Positions 20,031 through 23,023 of a DNA stretch of 23,023 nucleotides are shown piece after piece. The stretch is taken from assembly GCA_051530055.1 (NCBI GenBank), contig JBMGUZ010000044.1:1-23023 (forward strand), given 5' to 3'. The translations under genes were made by a program, and so were the position numbers. Origin of the DNA: Neoechinorhynchus agilis. Taxonomy: Eukaryota > Animalia > Acanthocephala. Every line of letters begins with the position of its first letter. Positions within the stretch are counted from its first letter, which is position 1. The notes below the pieces were generated by a model, which saw nothing but the letters and a program-made list of their open reading frames with translations, ran no database searches and was not told the origin of the DNA.

Positions 20031-21458
20031 GAATCGATATTCAAAGAGTATAAAGGGCAAAATATTTAATTGGCTGGAAACTGTATTCATCGGAAATGAT
20101 AGTAAAATCCTCATCGGTAAGCTCCGGCGCAACCTGTGTTCGTTATTCAGATCGGCCACAGCCGCTGATCTACAGAACATATTGGCTTGCTTTGACGCAA
20201 ACTTCCTTGGTATAAAAGATTTTGTGATGAGATGACTAGAAGAGGCGTCAATTAATATTTTATTGAAAACTTCTCAGGAGACCTTCGAAGATGATGACCG
20301 AGTTTTTGATATGAGATAGATGAAGAGATTAATATATGTTCCGTTTAAATTGATTTTATCCTTGATCTTTATACCATTATATGAGAAACAGATCATGGGT
20401 AAAACTTTCTTTAGGAAAAATCCGTCTAAATAGTAAGTATAATTATGAAAGGATGGGAATTTTGGTAGGTGTAGTAAATGGTTGTTAAAAAGTCCCAAGA
20501 TATTTGCTATTAAAGTCTGCAATAATTATATCCGTGTCCCAAAAAGGGGGTTTTCATCTGGGTTTTAATAAAAAAGAGACCTTGCGTGGGTTAATGTAAG
20601 CGAATAGGAGAAGTTGGCAAAGTTTGGAGTTTTTGTTTGAAAGAGTAATTTAGCCTCACGATTTTTGCTTAGAACGGATTGTAACCCTCTTGAGAAATCC
20701 AAGCGGTTTCCATTGGGTGATGAACTAAAATTTAAGAGCAAGGAATCATATTTACTGTTATTGACTAGTAAACATGACCCAGTCTCTTGAAAAAATAAAT
20801 GATCAGGATTTGAGAATGCGAAAAAGGGCAAAAGGAGTCTGGGGAGCGATTGGGACGAAATGCATTGTAAGTGACAAATGAAAAATCTAGATTACTATTG
20901 GTTGGGAAATTATTCATTTTTATGAAGGTTTGCCCTTTTTTTATCAAAAGAGGAGTGTGGGGAGAGATGCCATTTTGACGAGGCTGGATCAGAGCCTTCT
21001 TGAGTGGTTACGCTAAGAATATCAATTGCATCTTTTGGGACTATGCTTTCGTTAAAAGGGAGTCCACATTTTTATGCGGCAGAGAGCTTAGTGAGTTGTT
21101 ATTTACAATGTCAAGTGCTGCCTTATCCCAGGCTATATTCGGGGGAATGAATGTTGCTTTAATCATAGGAGATGAAGGGATGTTTGAGACTTCCTTACTT
21201 GTAGAGAAGGAATCCTTTATTATTCGAAAGTTAGAAAGTGAATTTACAAATAGATTGTGGTTGTTTGGAAGGACATATTCGAACGTAAGCGGGTGATTAG
21301 GAGTAATTACAGAAGCACGGACGAGAAGGGCGGTGAACAGCCTGTTATTCCCGGTGGTACTCCCGGAATTATGAAAGGATCGATATTGCTTACCTGCTCA
21401 ATAACCGGAAGTTTAACACACTCACGCTCACGAGATTGAGCTTCATCATAATGACGAT
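20030..21458 (-). mobile_element. Degenerate APE-type LINE, 5' part of the ORF
   Basis: FSFVTYN, PDHLFFQET, DIIIADFNS and FPSF...YLDGFF are APE motifs in order across frameshifts. Long, mostly open frames lie upstream (20950-21450) and downstream. Confidence 0.6.
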
Positions 21459-23023
21459 CCCCCGGTATGGACCAGTCACCAGCGAAGTAAGTGGTGATAT
21501 TCAATGGTCAGTTGAGCAAGAGGAAAATGGTCGCATCTCTTTCATGGATCGGGCAAAAAGAGGCACATTCGAAAGGTTGATGTACCATAAACCTAACTTA
21601 CATTGGAGACCCCCAGTATGGACCAGTCATCAGCGAAGTAGTGATATTCAATGGTCAGTTGAGCAAGAGGAAAATGGTCACATCTCTTTCATGGATCGGG
21701 CAAAAAGAGGCACATTCGAAACGTTGATGTACCATAAACCTAACTTACCTTGGAGACCCCCAGTATGGACCAGTCATTAGCGAAGTAGTGATATTCAATG
21801 GTCAGTTGAGCAAGAGGAAAATGGTCGCATCTCTTTCATGGATCGGGCAAAAAGAGGCACATTCGAAACGTTGATGTACCATAAACCTAACTTACATTGG
21901 AGACCCCCGGTATGGACCAGTCACCAGCGAAGTAAGTGGTGATATTCAATGGTCAGTTGAGCAAGAGGAAAATGGTCACATCTCTTTCATGGATCGGGCA
22001 AAAAGAGGCACATTCGAAAGGTTGATGTACCATAAACCTAACTCACCTTGGAGACCCCCAGTATAGACCAGTCATTAGCGAAGTAGTGATATTCAATGGT
22101 CAGTTGAGCAAGAGGAAAATGGTCACATCTCTTTCATGGATCGGGCAAAAAGAGGCACATTCGAAAGGTTGATGTACCATAAACCTAACTCACCTTGAAG
22201 ACCCCTGGTATGGACCAATCACCAGCGAAGTAAGTGGTGATATTCAATGGTCAGTTGAGCAAGAGGAAAATGGTCGCATCTCTTTCATGGATCGGGCAAA
22301 AAGAGGCACATTCGAAACGTTGATGTACCATAAACCTAACTTACATTGGAGACCCCTGGTATGGACCAATCACCAGCGAAGTAAGTGGTGATATTCAATG
22401 GTCAGTTGAGCAAGAGGAAAATGGTCGCATCTCTTTCATGGATCGGGCAAAAAGAGGCACATTCGAAACGTTGATGTACCATAAACCTAACTTACATTGG
22501 AGACCCCCGGTATGGACCAGTCACCAGCGAAGTAAGTGGTGATATTCAATGGTCAGTTGAGCAAGAGGAAAATGGTCACATCTCTTTCATGGATCGGGCA
22601 AAAAGAGGCACATTCGAAAGGTTGATGTACCATAAACCTAACTTACATTGGAGACCCCAGTATGGACCAGTCATCAGCGAAGTAGTGATATTCAATGGTC
22701 AGTTGAGCAAGAGGAAAATGGTCACATCTCTTTCATGGATCGGGCAAAAAGAGGCACATTCGAAACGTTGATGTACCATAAACCTAACTTACCTTGGAGA
22801 CCCCCAGTATGGACCAGTCATTAGCGAAGTAGTGATATTCAATGGTCAGTTGAGCAAGAGGAAAATGGTCGCATCTCTTTCATGGATCGGGCAAAAAGAG
22901 GAACATTCGAAACGTTGATGTACCATAAACCTAACTTACATTGGAGACCCCCGGTATGGACCAGTCACCAGCGAAGTAAGTGGTGATATTCAATGGTCAG
23001 TTGAGCAAGAGGAAAATGGTCAC
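21459..23023. repeat. Satellite array, 147/151-bp monomers, at least 10.5 copies, runs off the window end
   Basis: The GTATGGACCA anchor (GTATAG variant at 22061) occurs at 21465, 21616, 21763, 21910, 22061, 22208, 22359, 22510, 22660, 22807 and 22954. Unit lengths are 151,147,147,151,147,151,151,150,147,147. Confidence 0.99.

Noticed and set aside
20030-20240. A further PLE GIY-YIG tail on the minus strand, or LTR extension to CCACA at 20160
   Set aside because: No YIG motif; the frame continues the upstream APE-LINE. The 5-bp TGTGG/CCACA inverted match is within chance.
21625-21730. Hammerhead-like pieces in the satellite (minus-strand CTGATGA; plus-strand CGAAACGTT)
   Set aside because: The two half-motifs are on opposite strands, each is present in only some monomers, and no stem II links them.
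21459-23023. CRISPR array or repeat-protein gene (ORFs 21436..21780, 22589..22771)
   Set aside because: There are no unique spacers and no cas genes. The 151-bp units shift the frame and several units carry TAG, so the ORFs are by-products of the satellite's coding ancestry.

Overview
AT-rich eukaryotic (probably invertebrate) genomic DNA; about three quarters is nested, degenerate transposable elements. In order: an RTE-like LINE fragment (-); a Penelope-like element (PLE) 3' end with a candidate minimal hammerhead ribozyme; a CRE-clade non-LTR retrotransposon joined tail-to-tail to a PLE GIY-YIG fragment (this chimeric block occurs three times with the same junction); a 454-bp-period duplication; a decayed hAT transposase and a gypsy protease relic missing from the ORF track; a mucin/GPI-type host exon with one in-frame TAG; a stack of LINE fragments from several families; a C2H2-type ORF and an intact 281-aa orphan ORF rich in short linear motifs; an internally deleted Mag-type Ty3/Gypsy element (PBS for tRNA-Ser GCU); a decayed APE-type LINE; and a terminal 147/151-bp satellite. 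The satellite monomer translates as a PLE reverse-transcriptase thumb segment and shows a 7-monomer higher-order period. No prokaryotic features, CRISPR arrays, rRNA or tRNA genes were seen. All family assignments are motif recognition by eye without database searches; identities are visual estimates and most fragment boundaries are approximate.
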